This document shows positions 1 to 12,757 of a DNA stretch of 36,002 bases, in pieces. Every line of letters begins with the position of its first letter. Positions within the stretch are counted from its first letter, which is position 1. Source of the stretch: Bigelowiella natans CCMP2755 (taxonomy: Eukaryota; Protista; Cercozoa); contig ADNK01002780.1 in NCBI GenBank assembly GCA_000320545.1, positions 1 through 36,002 on the forward strand, in the 5' to 3' direction. Made by a program: the position numbers and the translations under genes. The notes under the pieces are model-generated. The model made no database searches. It was given only the letters and a program-made list of their open reading frames with translations, and had not been told where the DNA came from.

Positions 1-357
1 TATATATATATATATATATATATATTAGATATATTCTGGGTAATACTCATCGGGAGAATCGCGCGCGCGCGCGCGCGTGCCCGCGTGCTTTCACGACACA
101 AAGCCGAAACAGTGTAAAACAGCACGGATGTTCGATGCTTAAAGGGACGGCAACAACCACCGCCCAGCCCCATCCAAGGGACATTGGAAGAAGAAGAAGA
201 AGAAGAAAAGAAGAGGAAGAAGAAAAGAAGAGGAAGAAGAAAAGAAGAGGAAGATGTAAAAGCACGCTGTAGCCCCCTCGTAAAACCAAGTTGGATCATC
301 GTTCCCTTGGGGAAGCTTACTCAGAAGGACAATGGCCGACGCAAGGACAACAATCCT

Positions 358-2209
358 TCACATCCCACGATGACACTCCCCCCTTCTATAACCCACCTCC
401 CCCCCCTCTCTAACATGGTAGGGTTTCTTCTTCCTCGTCCTCTTGGGAGACGTCGAGAATGACATACGGCGAATGCCAAGGTCAATGAACCGTCTGGCTT
501 CTAGATTCCTTCCTCGTTTTGGGCTGCTTCTCTTTCCAGTAGCAGTCGTCTTCTTGTTCTTCCCCTCCTTCTTCCTCTCGCCCTCTCTTGGCGGCGGAGC
601 CCCCCCCCTGAGCACAGCGGCTTTGCTCGGCGTGAGAGTTCGCGGGTCGGTGGTTCTCCGGCGCCCCCCCCCCCCTCCTTCAGGCGTGTTGGTGTTCATC
701 CACGAACCAGCAGCCCTTCGTGCCCCCCCCACCACCACCACTGTGACATCAGCATCTGGGGGCGGCGTCTGGCTTCCACAGCCGAGCCTGGCGAGACGTG
801 TTCTCCTCGTCAGCGTCATCTGGGCCTGTGTCTCCACCCTCGTTGCGGAGTGCGACCGCACGGACTTTCTAGAGTGCTGCTGCTGCTGAAGGCGGATGCT
901 CTCACTTCTCCGGCCGACTCCTCCTCCTCCTCCTCCTCCTCCTCCTGCTGCTGCTGCTACTGGAAGAGCGTTGCTACTTCGAGACGGGGAGCTCAAGGTC
1001 CGGCGGGCGATGGGGAGTTTCTGCATCTCAGGAGGGAGGGGGGTAGGAGGTGGCGTGTTGGGGGTTGTGGTGGTGGAAAAGCGGCTCGATGTCGAGGTGC
1101 TGCTTGAGGCCATTCTTGATGCTGAAGGACCGAACTGCGACACCCCCCCCCCCCCTCTCCCTCGTCTTCTTCTGCCATCGCCATCATCACCCGTATTAAT
1201 ATTTTCCGAAGAATGGCTACAATCCCTGTATTCGTAAGCAGAAACATCACAGTAATCCTCCTCCTCCTCCTCCTCCTCCTCCTCGGTTTCTGAATAGTCT
1301 AGGACACCTTGCTCGTTGTAGCGATAGTAGCCCCCACGCAGGCTCTTGACGAGCTTCTCCTTTTTCTTCTTGGTGGTGTTATTGTTCCTCGCAGCGCTCC
1401 CTCTTCTCTTCGCGTTGAGCCTTTGATTGTGAAGACTTGGAGAGGAAGATAAAATAGGTGTGAGTGGCCTTATCAATGTACCACCCAGTTTGCGGCCGCC
1501 AGCGGGGGGGGGCAGAGACGAATGCCTCCCTCGTTCACACTCACCGGCGGCGCAACCATCCATTTGGCCTCTCCGACGACCTCTATACTCCTTCCTTCTC
1601 TTTTGAGTTCGTTTGTTATTCCGTGGATTTAGGTTGATTTTCCATCAATAGTAAGGGCGTCGCAAATAAGTTGTAAAATGTCCATCCACCACCCCAAGGT
1701 AGATTTTCCAAAAAAAATTGAACCAATTCCATTCAAGTAAAAACGTTAAACAGTTAATGTAGGCAGCCGTTGCGCAAGAACTTGCTCAAATCTCGCGTAA
1801 CAATAACAAACCTCCGCCCTTCATCCATGCACACGTATTTACTAATGTTACTACCATGTTCCATATCCTTCGTTGATCTGCCAACCTCGTTGACTTCCTC
1901 GGCTGCTGCGGCGTGCTCGCACCGCTGCTTTTATACTCCTGTCAGATTACGCACGCGTTTGTTTTTTTTTGAAGGTCAAAATTCGCTTCACGGATGGCGG
2001 GCACTGCTGCATTAAGAAGGTGTACTACCGTAAGGACGTCATTAAGCTTTTTGAACCACTTATTGCATCTTTCCTTATCGTGAGCCCCAAGCACTAAAAC
2101 CTTTCCTGGCGTCGTCAGGGTGAATTTGAAGATTCCTTCCTTCTCCTCATGTGCTATCTTTCCCAGCACGCCACGTGAGAGCTTCACACTCCCCTGTAGC
2201 ATGGATATA

Positions 2210-2253
<44 letters not shown>

Positions 2254-3510
2254 CGCATGAGCAGGTTATTATTTTAATCCTTCGGGCAGGTCGTTGGTTC
2301 CACCACTATCAAAAAGATACAGAAAAGCAGCAAATACGAATACGTGCATCGTGCTGTGGGATGCGAGCGTGCTCCGGAAAAAGCAGAAGGGGGCATAGCG
2401 AACGGCGGCTGTACAGGCCAATAACCTTAAATCTTGCAGAGTAGTACAAAAGGGTATTCTCCACGAGCTGGAAGTACCGCGGCAGGTACTTATCAATATG
2501 ATATCTATGTAGTTTCACAAGCAGTTTATTATGAGGTGGGTAAGACTAAAGGAAGAATGCATATGCTTTTATTCAGGCCTACTATTACCCGCACTTTGTC
2601 AGCCAACCCTGAGAAGGAATAAGAACAACACAGACCGAATTAGAAGGAGGGCACGCGTTGTGAGGGTTTTGAACCTACCTCTATTTTGGGAACTAATTTC
2701 CTAGCTGTTCGTTTATTCTCAGCCATCTTCTGCGGTAGCGGAGGGTTTCCTTCATCTTTGTCGTTTGTGGTGAGATCCTTCTTCAGCGTGATGAACTCGG
2801 TCAAGTCCGTTTTCTGAGTATTTGCGAGTATATTAGTGTCGACAGCGCCTCAGGAGATATGTATGCCGTCGCGAAGGCGTACCACTGCCTCAATTTGAAG
2901 GGAGTTTCCACACACCTCTTTATACCGAGACGAGAGAATTTGTAACATCTGGGGGGGGGGTGAGAGGTTAAGCAAGTCTCAAATATGAGGTTATTTAATG
3001 CGAGATACCTCTTGGATATTGGTGACCCTATACCAATAGTCGTAGTCATGGAACACTTTCACAAGACATTCCTTGCTACCGAGGTGTAGTACTGATGGAT
3101 GTATGAAACCAATCGTTAAAATCTCCTCGAATTCATATTACTTCTGTCCTGCTACAGCACCTATTTTCGCTAGCCTGTTGATATGAATCTTCCGTTTAAT
3201 GGTTTTGTAAGCCCCCTTCTTAAAATTGTAGAGCGAAGAAGTTGTGATGATAAGATCCCTCTTCTGGTAGCTTCCTCGATGATTTCGTTTCCAAACTGTG
3301 TCCGACCAAATCACCTTCTCGTGTGTCATCATTTCTTGAGAAAGAGAAAGCAATAAAAAGGGAGGAAGGAGGGTCAGTTCTGAGGCAGGGCAGGACACAG
3401 CTCAATTTGTTCTTACTTGTCGACTTTGCCAGGGTGGAGAGAAGGGTGGTATTTTTCCCAGCCTTCAAGTGGTCAGGGTTCTTGAGGAGGGCTAGGGCGG
3501 AGTCTGTCAT
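358..3510 (-). CDS. Multi-exon protein with a myosin-TH1-like PH domain, a second PH domain and a long low-complexity C-terminal tail
   Basis: Spliced exons read EKVIWSDTVWKRNHRGSYQKRDLIITTSSLYNFKKGAYKTIKRKIHINRLAKI|VLHLGSKECLVKVFHDYDYW (TH1/PH-like). They continue KYLPRYFQLVENTLLYY..|GSVKLSRG..FKFTLTTPGKVLVLGAHDKERCNKWFKKL (canonical PH with the C-terminal helix Trp). ORF 358..1563 is S/P/G/R-rich. The start and the 3' end are uncertain. Confidence 0.7.
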
Positions 3511-4276
3511 GTTGAATAAACCTTGTACGAATGCGCTTTATATGTTCTTCTCGTCGCTAACCTGGGGAAGGATGTGTGTTATAGAATAAGTTATGAGCAT
3601 TTCATGTGATCTTCTTCATTACGCAGCAGGTACCCGAAGCAGTAATCCTATCTTTGGTCTCCTCTCCCTTCTCTGCATAAATTTATCATCACTGAGATAA
3701 TGTTCCAATATATTTCTCACACTATCCTAAAAACGTCGATTTTCCAATTTTACAGACAAAATACAACCCTTCTGTGCTTGCAATCCACCGGCGTAGAGGA
3801 AGGGTAGTGGAGACAGTGGGGAGGCAACCAGGGGGGGAATGGAAAGGTTTGTTCAATTGGACTTGCACTAATAAACTAGACGAGGGCGGGACTACTTCCT
3901 GTCATAAATACACCTAAATTTGAAGCGACGACAACGTCATATACTTACCGCAACCGAAAATTCTATCGCCTGTTTCTGGCGAAAATATCGGGGAAACCGA
4001 GCAGCTTGCGCATCCAAAAGCCAGTTTTCCAATGCCGACAGGAGCATGGGACGAGTTTATTTTTGGGATTGATCTTGGCGATTAATCTAATACGACATCC
4101 GAAACCAGCAACTTCATCTAGATCATGGAGGAAATACACATGAGAGCATAACGACGACTAGCCTCTCAAATCTCATGACATAAATGTGAGCTGTGCGAGT
4201 AGCAAATGCGTGTAATTTTTTGGGTCGTAACCAAAAAAGGGACTATTTTCGCACAATTTTGACCAACAGACCGCAG

Positions 4277-6327
4277 ATGTCCGGTCCAAACTCAAGATTC
4301 CGGAAGTATCCAGAGCTACAACTAATCGATTTTCATTGTTGCACCTCTTTGAAGTGGGTTAGTGAAACCCTGTTCTTGGGATTTTGTATATAGTTACAGT
4401 AAAGCACGTTCGAGAATGTCAGTACCTCAGAAAAACAGCAGGAAAAGACCTTTTCTCATATTCCGCAAATGTCTCCCGGTAGCATTAACTTATTGGAAGT
4501 AAATTGGATTAGAAAGAGCAAGTTTATTCAACTGAATTCGATTTACCAATATCTATGTGAACCAAATCTTTCATCCAAAACAATTATAAGCTGCCAATAA
4601 AAACAACAAGAAGATCATTTCAAAGCCCAAAGATAAAATTAAAGGTGGTGATTAATATCATTGGACTTTGATAATCCGTACATTAGAAATATGTTAATAT
4701 ATTCATCGAGGTAAGTTTTGCTTCTTCTTCTATATTCATTAGAAACAAATGCAGCCAGAAGTAAAAAGACATCTTGAAAAGACTAAAGCCCCCTTATCGA
4801 GTAAATCAACATTAGATTTGGGAGATTCAATTCCCGAAAAACGAAATGGCCAAGATAATGCTGTTAAAACAAGGTCAGCAAATTAAGTCGTTCTAAAATC
4901 GTCCTAATACTCTGAAAACCATACTAGAAACTTCGATGCTTGGATCCATACTTCATCCGGCTATCTGATTAAAAATCAACCGACATGGACACTGCGGACA
5001 GATGGAACTGCGAAGCAGGCTGAATGCTTTCGAATTCGCCAATATGGTGAAGATAGGATATCGATTCAACACTTTAAAACAAAACGCTATTTAGGATATG
5101 ACACTCGAATGGGAGTCCATCTTTCACCTATTGTACAGTTGTTGACGAGAAAACTTCAACTAAACGAACAAGGAAAAGAAGAAAGCGAAATTTTTATCTT
5201 TATGAAGATATGCGCCAAGGGAGGACATTGGATCAAACAAGGAAAAACAAGGTCGCTGATGTCACTTTATCCTTCAGTTGATAAATTATTAACTGAAATC
5301 TTCAGCAGCCTTATCGAAACGAGGTCGATGGAAGAAGCAATAGCTTTTCGATTTGAGAACATCCACCCTCGAGTGAGGGTATGTTGTGATTCTGGACTGA
5401 AATTGGAATAAACTAATCAAATAATAAACCATTACTTACATTTATACGTTCAGGAAAAACATGAAGTAAATACGAAAGCAAGAAAGAAGCTCATTCACGA
5501 AATTGAGCAACTTGAAGATCGAACAAGGCTAATTGGCATACATGTCTTTTTCCAACGACAACAGATTCTTCATTCACGAAAAGTGATGGTGAATCAGGTC
5601 AGATAGAAAGTTATTGTCGAATACTCGTAATGCTATTGGAGACCAAATTAAGGAAATTCAAAATCAGGGAAAAGGTCTCATAAGGACGCTGAACCTGAGC
5701 GGAGAAGCAGTAAAAATGCCTTCCATATTGACACGGCCTTCTTTGGCAAAACTGCTCAAGAGGGTTCCATACCTATCGCAGGCAGTAAATAAGAAATCAT
5801 CTTCTTTTCGATATAATCCTTTTGCCACGAAGAAACAATATGCGACTTCATTCGTAAAGAAAGAGCCAAACCTTTCATTTAGAGGTGAAATGGAAGCTTC
5901 CATTAGGGAAGAGATCCAAACATCTCTACAAGGGATGCAGTTTCAATTAGATTTAATCACGGAAAAAGAAATCGAGGAAACAGAACGAATAATTTTGACG
6001 TTTTGCAAAGCTAAAAAACAGGAGATACAAAATTCATATACACCTTTTGGCGAAAGTAAACAAGTGTGCACAACAGAATCTAAGTTACCCACTTCTGCTT
6101 TTGAAGACAGTCTTCATGATAATGGTTGTGGTGACGGCTTCTGCGGCTCATCTATATCTACCGACAAATTAGCGTCACGAATACAACCAAATAAACAAGA
6201 TCTGTTTGGTTCGGATACTCATTGTGGAAGTGGTTGGAATGAACAATGGTCACTGGATATGTGCCAACGATTTGCAAGTGAAGACATACGTGAAGCTACA
6301 TCTATTATAACAGCTTCTTATTATTAG
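4277..6327 (+). CDS. Multi-exon hypothetical protein with a fascin/beta-trefoil-like repeat
   Basis: The exon from about 4928 reads NFDAWIHTSSGYLIKNQPTWTLRTDGTAKQAECFRIRQYGEDRISIQHFKTKRYLGYD, matching the fascin-type E.F.I....I.IQ...RYL pattern. Short GT-AG introns are present and the terminal exon corresponds to ORF 5614..6327. The start codon is uncertain. Confidence 0.5.
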
Positions 6328-6949
6328 CCGATGTTTGTTGGTTCTTAATTTTGTAGCACGATTATGACACGCACATGGTCGTCATGTATTTTGCATGCCA
6401 ATCCCATGTTGCATGTGCATTTTTACGAAATGAGATAGTAATCGTAGCATGACGGCGTATAGGCGTTGCATGTCTTGCTAGAGATCATGATGAACACATC
6501 CAAGCTGTGCGCCCATACGGCTAAGGTGCGATACCGATGAACATCTTCATTTGAGGTCAAGCGTCCGTAATAAATGTAATTTGATAAGAGCTCTCGCGCC
6601 GCGCATGGCATGTTGCATGTTGCATGGTGCACAGAATTCCACGATGTACGCTTCACGCTCCGAATGTCTACTCGATATTTCCTTTTTCGTGATACTACGC
6701 TACGACAGGATGAAGTTGTACCAAGCCAAACTACAATCAATGGGTTCGAAATTAGCCATCGAAGAGCAGTTGAAATCAGCCTTAATCTGAGGTTGCTTCA
6801 GTTCGCATGAGCTGCCTAGAAAGCATGTATTGGAATACCGAAAATCTTATTTTGAAGACGTAGTCGTATTGGTTTCTCGCTGAACATCGCCTTTTCCTCC
6901 TTTTTCGTTCGTTACATTGCTCGCTTGAACGGTATCATAGTAATCTAAA

Positions 6950-8680
6950 CAAAACAAATTTAAGACAGTTTCATTCACGAATAAGAATTGTCACCTTGTC
7001 CTCGTTTTTGATTTTCTGGCAAACCTGTCAATCCCTTTTCAAGCCAATCGCAGTATCTCGATTCCAGACCCATAGAGCGTGCACCATTCCGAATGAGACT
7101 GAGCAACGGAAAAGGCCAATAATAAGAAAAAGGTGTTTTGCTTTTCAATTATGAAAGTTCTCCCAGCACAAATACTTGAGGTATCGCATGGTAGGCTGTA
7201 GATCGTTTCGCTTGGTGCAATACTCCTGACACAAGCGCATGGTTTAGAAGTTTTGCATTTTCTTCGCATGATATCGTTACCGGGATCGACACAAAAGCCA
7301 GCGCTGCTATACTTTTAGAAGTAGATAGCGGGCTGTCCGGCTCCTCTTTGGATACTTTGTCAACTTCTTCACGAGCCTCTCCACCTTTTTGGTGCTTGGT
7401 GGACTTTTTGACTGGGGAATATGTATGAACAACGATCTGCTCTATATGATATCATCGCCAAGATAAATGGATTCAGCACCTTGGTACCCTCCATTTCGCA
7501 AAATTTTCTATAACCTGGTCGATACTGGTGTTCCATAGCGGCAAGCTTTGCAAAGTCTACCAGTTTCACTTTGAGCACTACACCGTGCACAGCTTTCGGC
7601 GATAAAGCTTTGTTTTCTCCAGAGCCATTGTGTACATTGGGGTAGGAAGGAGTATGCACAATGTTTCCAAATCCTCCTCTATGATTGAAGACGAGTCTAT
7701 AGTTCGGGAGGAAAGCTGGGGAGGAGGCTACGGGAATGATACCTCTATAACATGACCGGAGTTCGCATATCAATAATTCCTCATCATGCATGCCACTTTA
7801 GATTACTGTCTGTTTGCGTATGGGAGTGCGCGTATGTGTACGTATCACGTGTAACGTTCATTATATCTTTCAAAAAATACAAAAAATCGTACCGTCTCTC
7901 CTGTAACTTCCAAGGATTGATATTAGCGCCGAATCCAAATGTCCACACGTATTTTCCGCCTGAGAAGAAGGCGTATTCAAGCATGGTTAGTACATGAAAG
8001 CAGCTCTCAGTGAAGCTCTACCATCGACACTAAACTTTTGCGCAGCCTCTAGTCCTCTCCTATAGGCTTCGTTTCTTCCATCCTCCTGCTTTTTCCCTCC
8101 CCTCCCCCGGCCGTAGGACCGCCTTCGCGCAGCAGATCTGAATTTATTAGACCCCGAGCTTCTTGCAAAGACTCTGAGGTCATAACGGTGTGCACGATAA
8201 GACCCGAGATTGCACTTTAGAAACTTTGAATTTAATGTACTGATACCTCTCCTCCCTCGATGCTCTAGGATCCTTGGGGCTAAGGAAGAGGTGTCGCTTG
8301 AGTTCTCCGCCTCGCAGCTGCTGCTGCCGATTACGGAAACGGCTCATCTTTGGCCTGTGGACAGTATGCGGTTCGCAACTTACAATCGCTCAAGAAGGAG
8401 TGGGAAAACATCAAGCACGCTCCATGATTCGAATCAGGAAAAGGATGAAGACCGCCGAACGAATAATGAGTGAAAACTATGTTCCGCCGAACGGAGAAAG
8501 AAAATGAGGCCTGGCCCCTTCGCTAAGCTTCGGGATGCAACAATCGCTTGGATTGCGTTGTCTTTTTTGAATTTCTATGAGCACCCAGCGCTAGAAAGGC
8601 GGCTGCGATTCTGAACATGCCATGGCACTCTGCGTGTACATGGAAGCATAGAGGAGAAGGATCAAAGGTATCAGAGGCGC
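6950..8680 (-). CDS. Gamma-glutamylcyclotransferase (GGCT/AIG2-like) family protein, multi-exon
   Basis: Spliced motifs are YVWTFGFGANINPWKL (YFxYGSN-like), LPNYRLVFNHRGGFGNIV, VHGVVLKV..FAKLAAMEHQY and QPTMRYLNLIRNGARSMGLESRYCDWLE. The core lies at about 7040-7960. The 5' extension to about 8680 (hydrophobic MAPLIPLILLLYAS) is tentative. Confidence 0.75.
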
Positions 8681-9023
8681 CATCGCAGGCCTGGTGTCGG
8701 CTGGGGGCGCATGGGGCGAGTTATTTAGGCCAATTTTAAGTAGATATATTTGGTATAAAAAATGGAGTATTCACACTTGAATAGAATGCTCTTGGAATAA
8801 GACTGAGCTGGATCGCAATAAACAGATGTATTTATAATACCAAAAACATCCTAAATAAAAGGTCTTAAACTTTTTGATGGGATTGACAACCGAAAAAGTA
8901 GAGCATCGATCAGACGCCGGCGAGTTTTTGTGTCGCTGGCTCATACAACCCCCCCCCCGGCCCCCGCTAATTTCTGACATTCACCCAGAAGCTGCTGATA
9001 CCCATCCGAAAGTTTGATCCAGT

Positions 9024-9510
9024 ATGCAGAGATGGATGCGCGAAATCGCGAGGGTTTCGAAAAATCCATTCACGGCAACAACCCCACGATTCCTCTCCAC
9101 AACGGCGACAGGGGATAAAGGCGACGCGTTCTTGTCAGCATCGAGCCGTGGTTCGATCGCCTTCCTCAGTGGCAAATGGATGCCTCACGTAAGAATACAC
9201 ACGATTTCAAAGCGAAGAGGGTGTTTAGAATTGCTGCGAGGGGAAGCTGCCTAAATTTTAAGCGGAAACTGAGCGACCAGCTGATGGAAACTTGATATCA
9301 TCTCCAGGAGGAATGTCGCATCCCTCTCGAGGACCCTTCGTTTCGCTATGGATACGGTATGGATCTGACTTGTTGGAAAGCTAAAACTCCAAAAGCTGTG
9401 ATTTTTCTCAGGTGCATTTGACACTCTTCGGACTTTTGGAGGAAAGCTCTTCCGGCCTCATGCCCATATAAAGAGATTCCAAAAAGTCTGCCTCTGCATC
9501 ATGTGTTTAC

Positions 9511-9562
<52 letters not shown>

Positions 9563-9880
9563 CTAATTTATATATGTTCTGTATATGTATATTGATGTTA
9601 TGATGCGGCTGAATAATTATGACTGCAGACTTTGAGGTCGGTTGGCCTTCCACAGCCTTACTCAGACAAGGAGTGGTCAGAACTGCTACAAGAGGTCATT
9701 TGTTGTCGAAATACCCGCATTTGACCACGATTTCGATGCGTAACAGATTGTGCGTTTGCTTGCAGTGCGTCGATAAAAATCGCCAGATTCGCGAGGAGAA
9801 GTGGGGTGGAGACCACTGGGTGAGCTTAACAACAGGGAGAGCATATGCAAAATGCGGGCAGAAAAAGAAGAAGGGGGAGT

Positions 9881-9918
<38 letters not shown>

Positions 9919-10304
9919 CAATTGACAAATCAATAATTGATTAATTTACCTCAACGTCGTGATGTATGCTGTAGGTGTCAATCCGAGTTTCGCCGGGAGT
10001 GGGCGGCGTTCCTACCGTCGTCGTGGAAGCTCAGCCAATCCCCTGGTAATACTCGCAATGGGGTGCGCACCCCTTCCTCTACCCAGCACCACATGACCGC
10101 GAGAATATCATGAACTAAAGGAAAATGAAAAATTGCCTGTTGTTCCCTAACTGATGATGAGTGTATCCCTTTCTGCTCCAACTTTGTTGCTCCATCGTAC
10201 AGGGCTGCACGCGCACCTCTTTATCGCGACGGTGTTCGGGTCAGCATTCCGTCGATACGTAGAACGCCTCCTGAATGTCTCCCACCCAGGTTGTAGCCAC
10301 TAGC

Positions 10305-10341
<37 letters not shown>

Positions 10342-10373
10342 TTATAATGAATGTCGCGAATATATTATATGCA

Positions 10374-10408
<35 letters not shown>

Positions 10409-10621
10409 TATATTTATATACCCGTGGAGTGTCTAATTCATTCGTATTATGTGCCGTCTTAACATGCGGTGCAGGGCAAAGCTGCATCAGTACATGAACC
10501 AGATTCTCGGTGATATGGAGGTCCTGCAATGTTGAGCCAGAGAGGGAGAGGGGGGGAGGGGGGGCTCTCGCACTCAAATACCAAGAAGGATGAACGATGC
10601 AGCGAAATCCATGAACGAGCT

Positions 10622-10652
<31 letters not shown>

Positions 10653-11245
10653 GCGCACGCACGTCCCCCCCATACATACATATACAAGCACACACCCATT
10701 GAACACATCAATACATATATTGGTTTCCGGGCGGTGCCATACGCCAACCATCTCGTTACAGTAGCGTGCATGCACTCACCCCAGGTGAAAGGCAATGATC
10801 CACAGGCATGGTCCGTGATGCTCGATACACGAGGTTACGTCGCTGAGGTGAGCACGAAACCACTGTCGCTATGTTCATGAGTGAAAGTATATGCGGGTGA
10901 TGCGATGAATGCGGCCATCTCGCAGCAGCATCAAGCTGGGAGACGAACTCATTTAGTTGTTTCACAGGGGAAATCCTACAATTTCTTCATTGTCACGGAG
11001 GACGGGGTGCGTGCAGATAGCATAGAAAATCACGGATATTTTCTCGACGTGATGAGCTTGTGTCTCATGTATCAATGCGACCTCAAGCACAACGTTCTCC
11101 GATGGCTAAGTGTACAAAAAGAGCGACGACGATTCTCTTTTGTCAAGGGACAAAGCATTGCATGTCTTTACTTTTCATTCGAATCTATACTACAATATAT
11201 GTATATTTTATATTGTTTGAAACGCGTCAAACTACTAAATATAAG

Positions 11246-11286
<41 letters not shown>

Positions 11287-11897
11287 TCAAAATATCAAGG
11301 TGCTTAAAACTGCTCGGCCCCAGTACGTGTTGGAAGGGGTTGCAAGGTTTGTGGATTGCAGTAGCTACATCTACCTCACATGTCCTTTTCGTTTCGATCC
11401 CTACTGCTGGGTTACTCCAAGATGCGCTCGTTTATACGGTTGTCCTGCCTCACTTTGCAATATAGGTCAACTGTTCTTGAATGTGCGCAAGAGCTCGGCG
11501 TCGAGGCTCAGGTGACTAGAAACGAGTGCAACCTTCATAAATGGGGGTGAAAAAAGATATCCCCCCCCCCCCCCCCCACCCGCCCTTAAACTTCAGCACA
11601 TTTTTTTAGGAATGCGACTTCGATGTCTACGACGTCTATAACGCTGCGGAGGCATTTGTGAGTGCAACATCTCTATGTGTGCTACCGGTAAGGCCAAGAG
11701 ACTAGATTCGATCTCTTCGGTGTCCGCATAAAACCCTAAGCGTGTTTGTTTTTGCCGCTCTCTTCACGTAGGTGTGCTCTGTGAATGGTCGGAAACTTTC
11801 TGCGGGGGTCCCAGGCCCCATCTCAAAGCGCCTTCAGGCTGCGTATAGCAACAGAGCTGGCATTGACCTGGTCGATCAATACCTGCAGTACCTTTAA
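9024..11897 (+). CDS. PLP-dependent aminotransferase class IV (BCAT / D-amino-acid transaminase / ADC lyase fold) with a probable mitochondrial presequence
   Basis: Exons splice to IPLEDPSFRYGYGAFDTLRTFGGKLFRPHAHIKRFQKS, RRTPPECLPPR|AKLHQYMNQIL (catalytic Lys), MLDTRGYVAE|GKSYNFFIV, VLEGVAR, YNAAEAFVSATSLCVLP|VCSVNG..VPGPISKRLQAAY..DQYLQYL*. The N-terminus is R/S/T-rich (PRFLSTTAT). Confidence 0.9.
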
Positions 11898-11899
11898 GC

Positions 11900-12670
11900 A
11901 TGGAAGAACATCTGTAGTTCTTTGCTATAATCTAGAACAGCAGTAGTCTGCAGATCAGCGCGGCTGCTACTACTCTAGTACTGGGCAATAAGCGATCCAA
12001 GTAATTGGCAGTGCTAATGCGTACACACATGCGCGGGGTGTCATCTGTGAGCGAGAAAATGCTGCAGGGACTCGAATTCATTTTCAGCTATTGGTTGTCA
12101 CATTTGATGAAGAACGCATGTCATCGTCTTATACCGTTATATTCGGCTTTGATGTTCGTGGCGTTAGATCATGCTGATGTTTAGCAGCTAGCTTACCAAT
12201 AAAATCTCGTACTGAGATCGGTGCAGCAACTTTTGGTCGTTTCTGCCGCGGTCTTATTCTAACAATGCGACAATAAAAATGTTGGTGCAATGCATATGAG
12301 ATGGATGTAATTATATGATTAAATCTTTTCGATAGTAGATCTATCCACTGCACGAGAGCGATTAATGTGACTATACCACGTTTACATTGCCACACTGATA
12401 TCGGTGCACAACATCTGTGATTCGCTATAGCGCTATAGGCCTATCCAGCCATGGCGTTGCTGTAGATTATGTAATGGACTGTCTATAAGTACATTGGCAC
12501 ACTTCTCGCTCATGCCTTGTACCATGCTGTAACTATTTGAATAGTCTTCATACAACACATCGCGGTCAATCATTTCATTGTCAGGATGCCAGCGAACTTC
12601 TCGCTCACTATTAAGATCTAGCGGCGCTTACTAGTAACAGCAATGCATCTTGCGTAATATACTGCAGTTT
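11900..12670. pseudogene. Intergenic degenerate coding/repeat relic, partly TpA-converted
   Basis: Broken minus-strand frames (e.g. EVRWHPDNEMIDRDVLYEDYSNS...) lie between two convergent genes. CATG/TGCA/CTAG-rich composition. No family recognised. Confidence 0.3.
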
Positions 12671-12757
12671 ATTTAAAGGACTTCAATGAATGGGCCGCTG
12701 CTGCTAGGCTAGTCATCATTGAAAACGTGGCAGCATCGCTTATGCTCCTGCTCTCCT

